64,000 nt of DNA, from the NCBI GenBank assembly GCA_045106415.1, contig JBGCEP010000010.1, positions 64,001-128,000 of the forward strand, in the 5' to 3' direction. Source of the DNA: Oligoflexales bacterium (GTDB lineage: Bacteria > Bdellovibrionota_B > Oligoflexia > Oligoflexales > Bog-1112). Positions 39,786 to 50,806 of the stretch are shown piece after piece. The number at the start of each line of letters is the position of its first letter. Positions within the stretch are counted from its first letter, which is position 1. Made by a program: the position numbers and the translations under genes. Under the pieces are notes generated by a model. It did no database searches and was not told where the DNA came from. It saw nothing but the letters and a program-made list of their open reading frames with translations.

Positions 39786-40229
39786 CTACTGGCAAATCTC
39801 ATACCATGGTTCAAAGTCCCAAACAGATGGGTAGTAATCAAAAACAAAAGGCTCACAATCACCTTCGGTCAATTGCTCAAGAATGACGGGAGTCTTTTGG
39901 CCGGTTTTGATAAAATTTTTATCTGCCCATTCTTGACATGGAAGCTCACCGTCCCCGTAACGCAATGTCCACAGTTTTTTACCGTCCAGCAGTGGGTTTG
40001 CTTGGGTTGGTGTGAAGCGGAAATGAATTTCCACTTGGTCGATGTCGTCTTGACGGAGTGGGGAGGTCGAGATGACTTCAGCTTGTCCTGGAATAGCGCG
40101 ATAAATACAAGTCGTTGCAATATCATCATTGTTGCCAGTCGTTGCAGAATTTTCTGTGCGTTTGCTCCAGGAGCGACAAGATGTACTCATCATGATGAGT
40201 AAGCTTAAACTTAAAAGAAGTCGTAACAT
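39786..40229 (-). CDS. Hypothetical lipoprotein
   Basis: Hydrophobic signal ending STSC; several Cys. Confidence 0.6.
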   Translation of the reverse strand: MLRLLLSLSLLIMMSTSCRSWSKRTENSATTGNNDDIATTCIYRAIPGQAEVISTSPLRQDDIDQVEIHFRFTPTQANPLLDGKKLWTLRYGDGELPCQEWADKNFIKTGQKTPVILEQLTEGDCEPFVFDYYPSVWDFEPWYEICQ

Positions 40230-40403
40230 AGTGGCCTCATGTTGCAAAAACTAATGTTATCGTCTCATAAGTTTCAGAAACAACAAAGGTGTGACTCTAA
40301 GAGTTTTTCAAACAATAGTGGTGTTGAACCCTTTGGGTGTTGGGGATTAAGCACTATAAGTATCTTTTTTCACAACTAAAAATGGCAGTGCAAGCTGTCT
40401 TTT

Positions 40404-41723
40404 TTAGATTTCCCCACTTTTCACGTAAGAGTCAAAGAGTTCTTTTTTTTCTTTTGTTTTCTTGTAAATATAGTGCTGATAGAAATCTTCAATTGATTGT
40501 TTTTTTATAGATTTTTTCTTGTTTTTTTCAGCGAGAATTTGTTTTCTGATTTTAAGTAATTGGTGAATATGAATATCTAAAATCTTGCAAATGCTTTGTA
40601 CAGACAGTTGGTTTGTATCAATGACAGCTGTCAGGTTTACGATGTCTTGACGTGATAGTTTGCTGATCATGGCACCTATGTCTTGGTGTGAAGCAATGTC
40701 TTGGAGTTTTTTCTCACAGTAGATATCTTGATGTTCGCGAATTGCTTCTAGTAATATCTTGACTTTGATGTCTTGTGTTGGCTCAGGTATTTCGACCTTG
40801 CGCTGAAAGAGGTCGAGAGTTTCTTCATCAATCTTTGTGGGGCAGTGAGTTGTGATAACAAAAGAAGCGTAAGGAGTTTGATTTTGCATAGCGAGGCGGA
40901 AGGTTTGAAGAGGTTGTGCCTGTTCCCCTTTTAAGTGTGAACCAAAGATCTTCTCAGCCTCTTCTATGATGATGATATGACGTTTTTTTACTGCGAGAGG
41001 CTTGAGAGTGGCGATCGATTTTACGTCGTTGAAAATTTCTGAAACCGTTTTTTGACGTGGTTTTTTGATAAATCTCAGGAAATGTTTTAGCTCTTTATCC
41101 GAACTTCGCGCCAAGTTTTCTGCAGTGTATGTTTTTACAATGACTCCAGAAAGTGTATTGAGCTGTTGAGCTAAGGCAGATTTGCCAACACCTCGGGCCC
41201 CAGTAATCATTAAATTAGGCAGAGGGATATTTTTGTATGAATGATTTTTGAATTGACGTTTGTAAGCATCTAAAAGTTCTTGGGTTTCGTCGTCAAAGTG
41301 GATTTTTGCCCCTCTTGGAGTAGGGTGTGTTTTTGCTATTTTGTAAAGTGTTGGTGTGAAAAAACCAAATTGTAGGTACGTAATCGTCGGTTCAATCCAT
41401 TTGCCTATAAGGGCATTGACGACAAGGGAACCAGTTTTTTCTGCTGCACTTGTAAAAGCTTTATCGAGAAAGTGATGAGATTTGGAGTGAAGATAGCCAC
41501 CTAGAGAACCTTTTTGAATGAGGTCGTCTAGTGTTGGAAGTTCTTTGTAGCCCAAAACCTTTGTGAAGTTTGTGCTTAAACGTGTCGAGAACTCTGCGTA
41601 GTAATTTGAGCCTGCGGTTGTGTTGTCTTCATGAAGGGCACAAAAAGCAGACTGAAACGAGCAAAGAGATAATTGGATAAGAAGGCTGTAGCGGACAAAG
41701 TTTTGAAAAAGTGCTTGAACCAT
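40404..41723 (-). CDS. Degenerate AAA+ ATPase with signal peptide
   Basis: GARGVGKS Walker A; IIIIEEAE Walker B variant; TTH in place of the sensor-1 Asn; no arginine finger; ATG 41723 after GAGG. Confidence 0.75.
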   Translation of the reverse strand: MVQALFQNFVRYSLLIQLSLCSFQSAFCALHEDNTTAGSNYYAEFSTRLSTNFTKVLGYKELPTLDDLIQKGSLGGYLHSKSHHFLDKAFTSAAEKTGSLVVNALIGKWIEPTITYLQFGFFTPTLYKIAKTHPTPRGAKIHFDDETQELLDAYKRQFKNHSYKNIPLPNLMITGARGVGKSALAQQLNTLSGVIVKTYTAENLARSSDKELKHFLRFIKKPRQKTVSEIFNDVKSIATLKPLAVKKRHIIIIEEAEKIFGSHLKGEQAQPLQTFRLAMQNQTPYASFVITTHCPTKIDEETLDLFQRKVEIPEPTQDIKVKILLEAIREHQDIYCEKKLQDIASHQDIGAMISKLSRQDIVNLTAVIDTNQLSVQSICKILDIHIHQLLKIRKQILAEKNKKKSIKKQSIEDFYQHYIYKKTKEKKELFDSYVKSGEI

Positions 41724-41830
41724 GGATATCCTCAACGTCGTGAACATAACGATCAAAGTCATAGTGTCTAGCATGAGAAAAATATAAGTTCAATGTATTT
41801 CAATGAGTGACATTCAAATGGCTCAGAGAG

Positions 41831-41867
41831 CTAAAAGGCCTTCTTCATCATGAAAAAGGCCTTTTAG
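41831..41867. terminator. Hairpin between the two AAA+ genes
   Basis: CTAAAAGGCCTT...AAGGCCTTTTAG perfect 12-bp inverted repeat. Confidence 0.7.
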
Positions 41868-41890
41868 GATTATTTTTTTGATGTTGTGAT

Positions 41891-43399
41891 CTATTTGTCT
41901 TTATGGTCATGATTGTCATCATCTGTGTGGCCGAATATTTTTTTGAGGTTCAAATTTCGTTTGTTTTCACGCTCTTCGAGCTCCATTTCAGCTTGGCGGA
42001 GAGTGATTTCTTCTTGGCGTTTTTGTCGAGCTTCAGCTTCCCGCTTGATTTTTTCAAGCTTTGCTTTTTGTCGGTTCTTTTTATCAAAGGTGATGGCGCG
42101 TATCACTTCGTCGCGTGTAATGAAACCACGATTTCTTTTGAGAGCAGCAGTCACTATAACCGGGCTGATGCGTCTTAAATCACTTCCGGAAAGGCCGTCG
42201 CTGGCTTCTTCAAATTCTTCGTCGTGTGCTAAGCTTTGAAGAAGACCTTTCGTGATTTCTGCTTGTCTATCATCGCCCCTGATGTCTTGAGAAATATATT
42301 TATTGAGGATTTGAATACGGTTTTCAAGATTTGGAAGACCGATTTCAACCGAGTAATCAAAACGTCTATAAGCGGCTTGATCAATCGTATCAGGAAAGTT
42401 TGTTGTGACGATAAAAGAAATATTGGGTGAGCCTGATCCTGCGATAGTCAAAAACTCTCTTAAATACTCATTTCTTTGACCCATCATGTTTGACCCTCCG
42501 AATAGCGCTTCGCCTTCGTCTATGAAGATGACGTGCTTGACAGGAATCGCCTGTGGTTCTTGTTTTTTAGATTTTTCTGACTTGAACAGTCTTGAGAAGC
42601 GGTTTTTCATTTTACTAAAAGTTGAATTTGATGGTTGAGAGCGTTTGACTGCAGATTCTCCTAGGCCTTCAACGTAGTGAAGAAGGTGTGCGAACTGCTG
42701 GTGATGTTGTGACATAATCTTGCTGGCAGAGTAGACCTTAATAACATAATTACCCTCTGCAGCTATTCTTTTCGCTATTTCTGTTTTACCTGTTCCTGGA
42801 GGTCCATATAATAAGAGGGAAGGCAAAGGCTTGTTCATTTTGGCAGATCGGTTGAGGTGGCTCACAAATGTCTCGACTTGCAGTGAAGCTTCTTCGTCAA
42901 GAATAATGCCTTCAACTTTTTCAGGATATGATGTGAGAGTCATAGTCGAGTTTTCATAAAGGTCTGGTGCTAGAGCTTTTCTTTGCTTGCGAACGACTGA
43001 CGGCATGACAATACCGTGAATAAGAGTGTCGGCAAGACCGTTGCCAATTTTGTCAGCTGCTTTATTTAAGATTCTTGAAAAAATCCCTTGGCCCTCACCA
43101 AGAAAAAGTCTTGTGACCCCTAGGATGGCTGATCCCATAACGCTTGTTGCTATGCGGCCTGTTTGGTTATATGAGTTGGTCTCGTCGAGATCTTCAGGGA
43201 AGAAGTTTTGACCAAGCTTATCCCCTAGGGCTGATGATTTAAGTTGCGAATAATGCGATGCTTTTTCACAAAAACCATTGTAGTTATTGGGTTTTAAGTC
43301 CATGCGATGCTGTTTTGAAGCACTGATGGCTGAGGAAGAGGAAAGAACCGTTATAAGAAAGAGATGCGATATTTTTTTTTGCTTAAGAGAGAAGAACAT
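41891..43399 (-). CDS. Classic-clade AAA+ ATPase (ATAD3-like motifs) with signal peptide and C-terminal coiled coil
   Basis: LLYGPPGTGKT, IFIDEGEALF, TTNFPDTIDQAAYRRFD (SRH), GLSGSDL; ATG 43399 after GGAG. Confidence 0.85.
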   Translation of the reverse strand: MFFSLKQKKISHLFLITVLSSSSAISASKQHRMDLKPNNYNGFCEKASHYSQLKSSALGDKLGQNFFPEDLDETNSYNQTGRIATSVMGSAILGVTRLFLGEGQGIFSRILNKAADKIGNGLADTLIHGIVMPSVVRKQRKALAPDLYENSTMTLTSYPEKVEGIILDEEASLQVETFVSHLNRSAKMNKPLPSLLLYGPPGTGKTEIAKRIAAEGNYVIKVYSASKIMSQHHQQFAHLLHYVEGLGESAVKRSQPSNSTFSKMKNRFSRLFKSEKSKKQEPQAIPVKHVIFIDEGEALFGGSNMMGQRNEYLREFLTIAGSGSPNISFIVTTNFPDTIDQAAYRRFDYSVEIGLPNLENRIQILNKYISQDIRGDDRQAEITKGLLQSLAHDEEFEEASDGLSGSDLRRISPVIVTAALKRNRGFITRDEVIRAITFDKKNRQKAKLEKIKREAEARQKRQEEITLRQAEMELEERENKRNLNLKKIFGHTDDDNHDHKDK

Positions 43400-43626
43400 A
43401 GAGAAAACTCCGAACACCTGAGGAAAAGAAAGCAAAAGTATTTTCTTAATACTTATCCACATGTTATACGCATTATAAAATTTGTCAAATTATTTTAAAC
43501 AACCTTCCAATAACAGTATGTTAACAGTAGGTTGTAAGTAAAAATAAGAAGAAGCTATGATGCAGTTTTGTCATAACACCTCTGTTTATTGTTGGCATTA
43601 GAATTTACCACTTATATTTCAGTGCC

Positions 43627-44037
43627 TTATAATTTGTTCTGGGATTTAAGAAGGGACATTTTTGCGACTCGTGCGACTTTATCGGGATCAAAAGGTTTTT
43701 CTATAAAGTAAACACCTTCAAGGATGTGTGTAGGAGTATTGGCTTGTATCTCAGGTAAAAAAGCGGAGATGCAAATGACTGGGGAGTTTTTGTTTTGAGT
43801 ATGGCCTTCGCGTACGGTTTTGATGAATTCGAGGCCGTTCATACCTGGCATCATAAAATCAGTAATGATGAGGTCAAATTTTGTTTTCGATAACTGGGGA
43901 ACAGCCGTTTTACCATCATCAGCGGTTTCGATTGCTGGTGTTGTGAGAAGGAAGTCATATTCGACAAACTGCTCTTGAAGAATCTCTAAAATATCAGGGT
44001 TGTCGTCAACCAATAATATATTCATGGGATTCTGCAT
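43627..44037 (-). CDS. CheY-like response regulator
   Basis: LLVDD, IITDFMMPGMNG, ISA, EKPF; last gene of the che operon. Confidence 0.9.
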   Translation of the reverse strand: MQNPMNILLVDDNPDILEILQEQFVEYDFLLTTPAIETADDGKTAVPQLSKTKFDLIITDFMMPGMNGLEFIKTVREGHTQNKNSPVICISAFLPEIQANTPTHILEGVYFIEKPFDPDKVARVAKMSLLKSQNKL

Positions 44038-44046
44038 TTTGACTCC

Positions 44047-45975
44047 TTAAGATGCTAATGGTTCTCTTTGACTTGATACAGAGAGAAGTTCACAGAGGCG
44101 TTCTGGAAAATCATCAAGTGATACAATTTCTTTGTGAGCGTTGAGGCGAATTGCTTCACGCGGCATCCCGAAAACAACACAACTCTCCTCGTCTTGAGCA
44201 AGGGTGTAAGCACCACTTTCTTTCATTTTTAAAAGACCCTGAGCTCCATCTCGACCCATACCGGTGAGTATGGCGCCGATAGTATTTTTTCCAACTTCTT
44301 GCGCAACGGAGTTCATGAGAACGTCAACGGCTGGAACATGTGTTTCCCCTTCAGATCCCTCTTGTAAATGAATTTTCAATTGATCTTGTGTTTTTTTAAC
44401 AATCATATGTTTGTCGCCAGGGGCTATATAAACCGTCCCTGGGCTGACAACGTCCATGTGCTCAGCTTCTTTAACGTGAAAAGGGCATAGACTATCAAGT
44501 CTTTTGGCAAAAAGAAGAGAGAAATGTTTAGGGATGTGCTGAACAATTAAGATTGGAGGGATATTTTCTGGCAAACTTTGTAAAATATTTGCAAGAGCAA
44601 CAGTACCCCCTGTTGAAGATCCAATTGTAATAATTTTATCTTTCCGCAGTGATGAATGATTTGTGGGTTTCACTTTAACAACGGAGGTCTTTTTAATATG
44701 AGATTTTCTAGCAGATGCTGCAATTTTAATTTTGTCAGTAAGCTGAGGAATGAAAGTTTCCATCTCGCTTAAGTCTGGTTTTTCTACAAAATCAATGGCA
44801 CCAAGTTCCATTGATTTAAGTGAAAGTTTTCTATCTTCGTTATTTACACCTGAAATCATAATGACGGGTAGCTTTCTTTTTGGAATCATTTGCTCTAAAT
44901 ACTCAATGCCGTTCATATGAGGCATATTAATGTCAAGAGTGATAAGATCAGGTTCACTGTCTTTCATAAGCTTTTCAGCTTCTAAAGGATCAGAGGCAAT
45001 ACCAAAAAGTTCAAAATCATGATTTTTTTCTACAATAGATGCGATGAGATTTTGGATAACTTTTGAATCATCAACGATAAGAACTTTCGTTTTACCTGAT
45101 GGTTGAGGAGAAGTTGTGATTGTTGTTGAGATTTTTTTGCTCGATTTAGAGGCATTTTCTTTTCTCCCATATACGGAGAGTCCAATACTTTCTAAGGGTT
45201 CAGGTATTGTTTTCAATGTTTCACACATACCTGTAATAAGGTGTCCGTCAGGCTGCAGATGATTTGATAGTTTTTGAATGACTTTTAAAATAGTTGGTTC
45301 GTCAAAATAGATAAGAACATTTCGGACCATAATGAAGTCGAATTTCATCGGTATTTTCTGATCAAAAGCACATAGGTTATGCTGGCGAAATTTTATTTGT
45401 TTTTTGAGTTTGTCCGAAACTTTACATAAATCAGCATTTTGTCCTTTGCCAATGAGAAAAAAATCTTTAATCTGTGACATAGAGACATCTCGTTGAACGA
45501 GTTGTTTATTATAAACGCCCTGTGAGGCAAACTGTAAAACATCTGTGTCAATGTCTGTGGCTAAGATGCGATAATCAAAAGGACCAACAACTTTTTGCAT
45601 TTTTTCAAATGTCATCGCAAGGCTATAGGCTTCTTGCCCATAGGAAGAGGCTGCAATCCAAGCTGATATTGATTTTTTTGGATTTGCTTTGATTCTAGAT
45701 TCAATATGCTGAAAGTGCTCTTTTTCACGAAAAAATTCTGTTTTGTTTGTTGTCAATGCATTTGTAAAATAGGTCATTTCTTCTATATTATTGTCTTTTA
45801 ACAGACAAATATAGTCATGCCACACTTGAAACCCATGATGGCGAAGGCGTTTCCCAAGGCGACTTGTAAGAAGAGTTTTCTTCGACTCTTGCATCTTAAT
45901 ACCTGTTTTTTGCTTTAACAGGTCTTGCATGAACTTAAACTCGCTATTGGAGAGTTCTGGTATCACTTGTGCCAT
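44047..45975 (-). CDS. CheR-CheB fusion (methyltransferase + receiver + methylesterase)
   Basis: TTNKTEFFRE, SYGQEAYS, ATDID, RNVLIYF; then IVDDS..LDINMP..EKP; IGSSTGG, VQHIP, LTGMGRDG. Confidence 0.93.
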   Translation of the reverse strand: MAQVIPELSNSEFKFMQDLLKQKTGIKMQESKKTLLTSRLGKRLRHHGFQVWHDYICLLKDNNIEEMTYFTNALTTNKTEFFREKEHFQHIESRIKANPKKSISAWIAASSYGQEAYSLAMTFEKMQKVVGPFDYRILATDIDTDVLQFASQGVYNKQLVQRDVSMSQIKDFFLIGKGQNADLCKVSDKLKKQIKFRQHNLCAFDQKIPMKFDFIMVRNVLIYFDEPTILKVIQKLSNHLQPDGHLITGMCETLKTIPEPLESIGLSVYGRKENASKSSKKISTTITTSPQPSGKTKVLIVDDSKVIQNLIASIVEKNHDFELFGIASDPLEAEKLMKDSEPDLITLDINMPHMNGIEYLEQMIPKRKLPVIMISGVNNEDRKLSLKSMELGAIDFVEKPDLSEMETFIPQLTDKIKIAASARKSHIKKTSVVKVKPTNHSSLRKDKIITIGSSTGGTVALANILQSLPENIPPILIVQHIPKHFSLLFAKRLDSLCPFHVKEAEHMDVVSPGTVYIAPGDKHMIVKKTQDQLKIHLQEGSEGETHVPAVDVLMNSVAQEVGKNTIGAILTGMGRDGAQGLLKMKESGAYTLAQDEESCVVFGMPREAIRLNAHKEIVSLDDFPERLCELLSVSSQREPLAS

Positions 45976-45984
45976 AAGAGATCC

Positions 45985-48255
45985 TTAGATGTTGTCCCAA
46001 TCATCATCATTATGAGATGTTGCGCCATAGGTTTGACCGATAGATTGTATTGAATTATTCTTTTCAGTGGATTTTTTAGATTTTTTTGGATCTTTTGGTT
46101 TTCTTTCTTCTGCCTGAAGAGCAATCTCATCATGAGAAACTGGTTTGTTGTAGATAATCTCCATGAGTTGCTCAACGTTGGAAAGAAGTGTTGTGGATTG
46201 ATCTTCGAGCCCATCAGCCACTGTTGCTGAGTTTTCTGCTGTTGCTGAGTTTTGTTGGGTTGCTTGGTCGAGTTGGTTCATGGCTTCGTTGACCTGTGAA
46301 ACGCCGTCAGATTGCTCTCGTGATGCTGTCACAATACGAGCTGCCTGCTCTGATAGTAGTTCTGCGTCAGAAGCAATGCTCTCAAGGTATTTTGCTGTGT
46401 CTTTTACAAGAATGTTTCCTTGTTCAACTTTCTTCTTACTTTCTGAAGTAATGGATTCTGTGTCACGGATGGATTGCTTAACCATAGAAGATATTTCAAG
46501 AGCAGCTTTTCCACTCATTTGAGCCAAGTTTCCAACTTCTTGTGCTACAACAGCGAATCCTCTTCCGTGTTCCCCTGCTCTTTCTGCTTCAACAGAAGCA
46601 TTAAAAGAAAGTAGTTTTGTTTGAAAGACGATTTCGTCTATGACTTCTGTTTTTTCTCCAATTTCTCCAATAATTGAAACAAGGTCTTGTATTTTGTTGT
46701 TACTTTCAGTGATTTCATCCATGGATTTGACCAGATCTGTCATAGAAATATTGCCTTTATTAGCCATATTTTTAACATGTGCAGAAAGGTCGGAGGAATC
46801 TTGTGCTTGCTGAAGATTGTTTTTGACCATTGCACTAATTTCTTCGACGGAGGCGGCTGTTTCCTCAATTGCGGCACCTTGCTCTGTTGCAAGGTCGGAC
46901 AGCTGTTGGCTGGATTGGGACATCGATCGAGCAGCTTCAGAAACTTTTTCTGAGCCATCGCCTAGCTCTTTGGCGATATGTAGAATGGGATTTGCAATAC
47001 CTTTTCCAACGAAAAGTCCGAAAGAAATAGTGATAATGACAGAGAAGAGTGCAATGAGAAGCATGTATTGGCCGAGAAGTTCAGCGGAATAAAAAGCTTC
47101 TTTGGTACTTTGTTGAGCAATAAACGCCCACCTTAGTCCAAGAAGGTCAAGTGGGGCGAAGCGTGTGAGAACACGAGATCCAAGATAGTTCTGTGTAACT
47201 CTTTCCCCTGATTCTCCTGAAATAGCATCATTGACATCAAGAGTTTCTATTTTTCCAGTTTCAGAATTTCGGAATGAGCTTACAACACTTCTGTGGTCAG
47301 GATCTAAAAAGCTGTCCGATCGCATGAGGTTGTCTGGACCAACAATGAAACTTTCGCCTGTTTCACCTAGCCCTCCTCTTTCGCCCATAATGCTGTTAAT
47401 ACCATCGATAGGCATTTGAAAGACAACAACAGCAATGTTTTCTCCTTTATGGAAAATAGGTGCAGCAATAAAGCTCGCAGGAGCTTCATAAGAAGGAGTG
47501 TATTGTTTGAAGTCAATAAGGGAAACAAAATTTTGATCTTTGGTTTGTGCGGCTTCTTTAAAAACTTCAGCGAAATTAGTATTGGAATAAGGTCCAGTTA
47601 TAAGTGATGTTGCGTAGTCCAACTCTTTAAAGACAGAATAAATAATATGACCTGTTTTAGAATCAAGAATGAAAATATCGTAATATCCAAAGTTTTCTAG
47701 GTATTCTTTGATATATGGGTGGTTTTTGTCATGGTGCTCGGAATATAACGAATTATCACTTGCTTTATAGAGTTCATGCTTTGATCCAAGTGGATGTTCA
47801 TTATCTTGAATGTACCGATATTGCCATAAAATAGACAGGTCATCCATTTGACTGACAAGAGAATTTACATCGGGTTTTTCTCCATTTTGAGATTGATATT
47901 CTTCACCAAAAGGACCGTTGTAATATTGTAATAAAGAGGTTTTCATTGATTCAATACTTGCGTCATCAATTTGTTGCTCTTCAATAATGCTAAAAAAAGA
48001 TTCTCGAAAGTCAGCTGCTGCTTCTTGAATCATAATATCATGTGAGAAAGAGGTGATTTGATGTTTAATATCAGTAAAATATCGTTTTACACTACTGAGC
48101 TTTAATTCTTGTATAGATCTTAATCGATCAAAGGCAGCTTCTTCTAGAAAATCGTTTGAGAGCTTATATGCTAAAGAACCCATAATAATTAAAGGGACAA
48201 TGCCACTGCAAACGAATTGGAGGAGTAACTTTTTCTTTAAATCAAGTTTCATCAT
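45985..48255 (-). CDS. Methyl-accepting chemotaxis protein with large periplasmic Cache-like domain
   Basis: Two TMs; [46 protein letters not shown]-terminal DWDNI. Confidence 0.95.
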   Translation of the reverse strand: MMKLDLKKKLLLQFVCSGIVPLIIMGSLAYKLSNDFLEEAAFDRLRSIQELKLSSVKRYFTDIKHQITSFSHDIMIQEAAADFRESFFSIIEEQQIDDASIESMKTSLLQYYNGPFGEEYQSQNGEKPDVNSLVSQMDDLSILWQYRYIQDNEHPLGSKHELYKASDNSLYSEHHDKNHPYIKEYLENFGYYDIFILDSKTGHIIYSVFKELDYATSLITGPYSNTNFAEVFKEAAQTKDQNFVSLIDFKQYTPSYEAPASFIAAPIFHKGENIAVVVFQMPIDGINSIMGERGGLGETGESFIVGPDNLMRSDSFLDPDHRSVVSSFRNSETGKIETLDVNDAISGESGERVTQNYLGSRVLTRFAPLDLLGLRWAFIAQQSTKEAFYSAELLGQYMLLIALFSVIITISFGLFVGKGIANPILHIAKELGDGSEKVSEAARSMSQSSQQLSDLATEQGAAIEETAASVEEISAMVKNNLQQAQDSSDLSAHVKNMANKGNISMTDLVKSMDEITESNNKIQDLVSIIGEIGEKTEVIDEIVFQTKLLSFNASVEAERAGEHGRGFAVVAQEVGNLAQMSGKAALEISSMVKQSIRDTESITSESKKKVEQGNILVKDTAKYLESIASDAELLSEQAARIVTASREQSDGVSQVNEAMNQLDQATQQNSATAENSATVADGLEDQSTTLLSNVEQLMEIIYNKPVSHDEIALQAEERKPKDPKKSKKSTEKNNSIQSIGQTYGATSHNDDDWDNI

Positions 48256-48770
48256 GCTGCACCACCTTGTCCTTGGTCTTTTAAGACCTTGAAATCTGTT
48301 CTGTTCATAGATCTATGTAAATCGATAAGGAGTGTGAGCTCTCCATCATGATGTTTCGCAATCCCGTAAACACCATCACCTTTGCGGTTTGAAGTATCTT
48401 CTAAATTAATTTCTAATTCAGAATCGTCATAACCAACAACTTCGAGGACTTCATCAACAATAGACCCCACAACAATATCTCCTACGTGAGAAATAATAAT
48501 ACTGGTTTTTTGAGAATTCACGTCTAGGCTTTGAAAGCCTAGTTTAATTCTTAAATCGATGACTGAAATGATTTGACCTCTAAGGTTTATGAGTCCTTTA
48601 TAAAAAGGAGGGACCTTAGGAAGAGGTGTTATATTTGTGAGTCCAATGACTTCTTTGACCCTTGATAAGGGGAATGCATATCTTTTATCACTGAGGCTAA
48701 AGATAAGGTGCTTTTTCTTCGATCGAGCAGATTCGTTTTCCGTAATATTTGTTCCGTCTAACAAGCTCAT
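48252..48770 (-). CDS. cheW: Chemotaxis adaptor CheW
   Basis: [33 protein letters not shown]. Confidence 0.95.
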   Translation of the reverse strand: MSLLDGTNITENESARSKKKHLIFSLSDKRYAFPLSRVKEVIGLTNITPLPKVPPFYKGLINLRGQIISVIDLRIKLGFQSLDVNSQKTSIIISHVGDIVVGSIVDEVLEVVGYDDSELEINLEDTSNRKGDGVYGIAKHHDGELTLLIDLHRSMNRTDFKVLKDQGQGGAA

Positions 48771-48783
48771 AAAATAGAACCTC

Positions 48784-50583
48784 TCATTTATAATTGTTTT
48801 TAACAACAGAGTTTAAATCAAGAACTAAAGCCACTTTTCCATCTCCAAGAATGGTTCCTCCGCTGGATGATTTTACTTGACGAAATTCAGGACCTAATTG
48901 TTTCAGAACAATTTGCTCTTGGGATAGAATTTCATTCACAAAAAGTGCATATTCATTTTGTTCATAACGTGTAATAAGAGCGAGTTTTTTTGTGGATTTT
49001 TTCTTTTTTGTTTTGATTTCTTCGACATCAATAACCTCAGCTTTGTTTCTCTTTTTTTCTTTTTTGGGTGTTACATCCATTCTTTTTGTGACGAGAATGT
49101 CTTTGAGGTCAATGACTTTTAGAATACGATCTTGAAGACGAATAATATTTTCATCTTTTTGATAACAGTCTTCATTTATTGAAATCGCTTCGTTGAAATC
49201 TGAATTTGGTACAACATATTTTTCTCCAGAAATAGAAATAATTGTTCCGTTAAACATAGCAAGACTCAAAGGAAGGCGGATGATAAAACATGTTCCTTTG
49301 TCTTTTTTGGAGAAAATTTTGCAATGGCCTTTTAAAGCTATGATTTTTTGATTAACAACATCCATTCCGACACCTCGACCAGATATTTCAGTTGCTTCTT
49401 CTCGAGTTGAAAATCCACTGGCAAAAATGAAAGAAAAAACTTTTTCATCACTAAGCTCCTCACCAGATCCTTTAATAATTCCTAATTTTTGAGCTTTTCG
49501 TAGGATACCTTCACGATTTAACCCCCCTCCGTCATCTTCAACAATAATCTCGAAAGATCCTCCGTTGCGCTGAGCTGTAAGGCTGACTTTTCCTATGGGG
49601 TCTTTTCCTTTTTCGACTCTATCTTCGGCGGATTCAATGCCGTGATCGACTGCGTTTCGAATCATATGAGTTAAAGGATCTATGAGAGCGTCGGCAATGG
49701 TTTTGTCTAGCTCAGCAGTCTCTCCTTTTTTAATAAAATCGATCTCTTTTCCAGTCATTTTAGAAATATCACGAACTGTTCTTTCCATACGATTGAATAA
49801 TGGCTTGATGGTGACCATTCTTAAACTCACCATTGTGTACTGTAAGTCTTGTGTGATCTTTTTAAGAGAAAGAGCAGTTTTTCTGACAAATTCTTCTTGA
49901 TCTGAAATATCACCCTCTAGAATATGATCGAGTGAAGACTGTAAAATAACCTGCTCTCCAAATAAATTGAGGAGTTCGTCTATTTTTCTTAGGGGAATCT
50001 TAATAAGCTCGTCGGCCGTGACAGTGGTAGGCTGAATCATTGCGGAGGGTTGCTCAAGGTAAGGAGGTGGAGGCTCAGAGTCAGAGCTTTCTTCTTGTCT
50101 GTAATCATCGCCGCTGCTTTGCTTGACATCATGGCTTCTTTCTGAGGAGGTTGTCGAATGTTCTGTGTCCTCAGAGCCTTCTACTTGAGGGTTATGAAGC
50201 AAGTATTCTAGTTTTTGTGTATGGGTCGTGAGGTGATGTGTGTCGGCTTCGACATTATTTCTTGCTTGTTGTTGATAGTTTCTTAAGTGATCAACAGTGT
50301 GAATAAGTCCATCAATAATGTCTGGTGTGATTTTCATCTCGTCAGCACGTATTTGACTTAAGATGTTTTCAGCAGCATGAGCGCACTGAGAAAGATCTGT
50401 GAGTCCTACTGTCTTTCCTGAGCCTTTTGCATTGTGAAAAAGCCTAAATAGCTCGTTGACGCAATCTTTGTCATCTTGGTTTTTTTCGAGCCTCATGAAA
50501 GCTTCTTCCATGCTTTCTAAAAGATCACTAAGCTCGTCTAAAAAAGTTTGTTTTAATTCGCGAAGAAGATCGTCGTGCGACAT
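48784..50583 (-). CDS. cheA: Chemotaxis histidine kinase CheA (no evident P2 domain)
   Basis: LFRLFHNAKG Hpt; DPLTHMIRNAVDHGIE; DDGGGL; SGRGVGMDVV; TILGDG.VALVLD. Confidence 0.95.
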   Translation of the reverse strand: MSHDDLLRELKQTFLDELSDLLESMEEAFMRLEKNQDDKDCVNELFRLFHNAKGSGKTVGLTDLSQCAHAAENILSQIRADEMKITPDIIDGLIHTVDHLRNYQQQARNNVEADTHHLTTHTQKLEYLLHNPQVEGSEDTEHSTTSSERSHDVKQSSGDDYRQEESSDSEPPPPYLEQPSAMIQPTTVTADELIKIPLRKIDELLNLFGEQVILQSSLDHILEGDISDQEEFVRKTALSLKKITQDLQYTMVSLRMVTIKPLFNRMERTVRDISKMTGKEIDFIKKGETAELDKTIADALIDPLTHMIRNAVDHGIESAEDRVEKGKDPIGKVSLTAQRNGGSFEIIVEDDGGGLNREGILRKAQKLGIIKGSGEELSDEKVFSFIFASGFSTREEATEISGRGVGMDVVNQKIIALKGHCKIFSKKDKGTCFIIRLPLSLAMFNGTIISISGEKYVVPNSDFNEAISINEDCYQKDENIIRLQDRILKVIDLKDILVTKRMDVTPKKEKKRNKAEVIDVEEIKTKKKKSTKKLALITRYEQNEYALFVNEILSQEQIVLKQLGPEFRQVKSSSGGTILGDGKVALVLDLNSVVKNNYK

Positions 50584-50806
50584 ACAACCACCAGTTAGAG
50601 TGTTCTCAACATTCCATCGGTCAGTTTTTTAAAATGATAAAGTTTATGTGTTAAATTTTTCTCTTATCGGGCGCTGAAACCTGCTATAGTGACGAGCACT
50701 CACTCTTTTGTGGGCACAAGATTGTTAATCTAGAGTTCATATAATGAAAACTCTAGAATTTATCGTTGTGATGAAAGTTTTTTTATTAAAGCTGAGGGAG
50801 CAGAAT

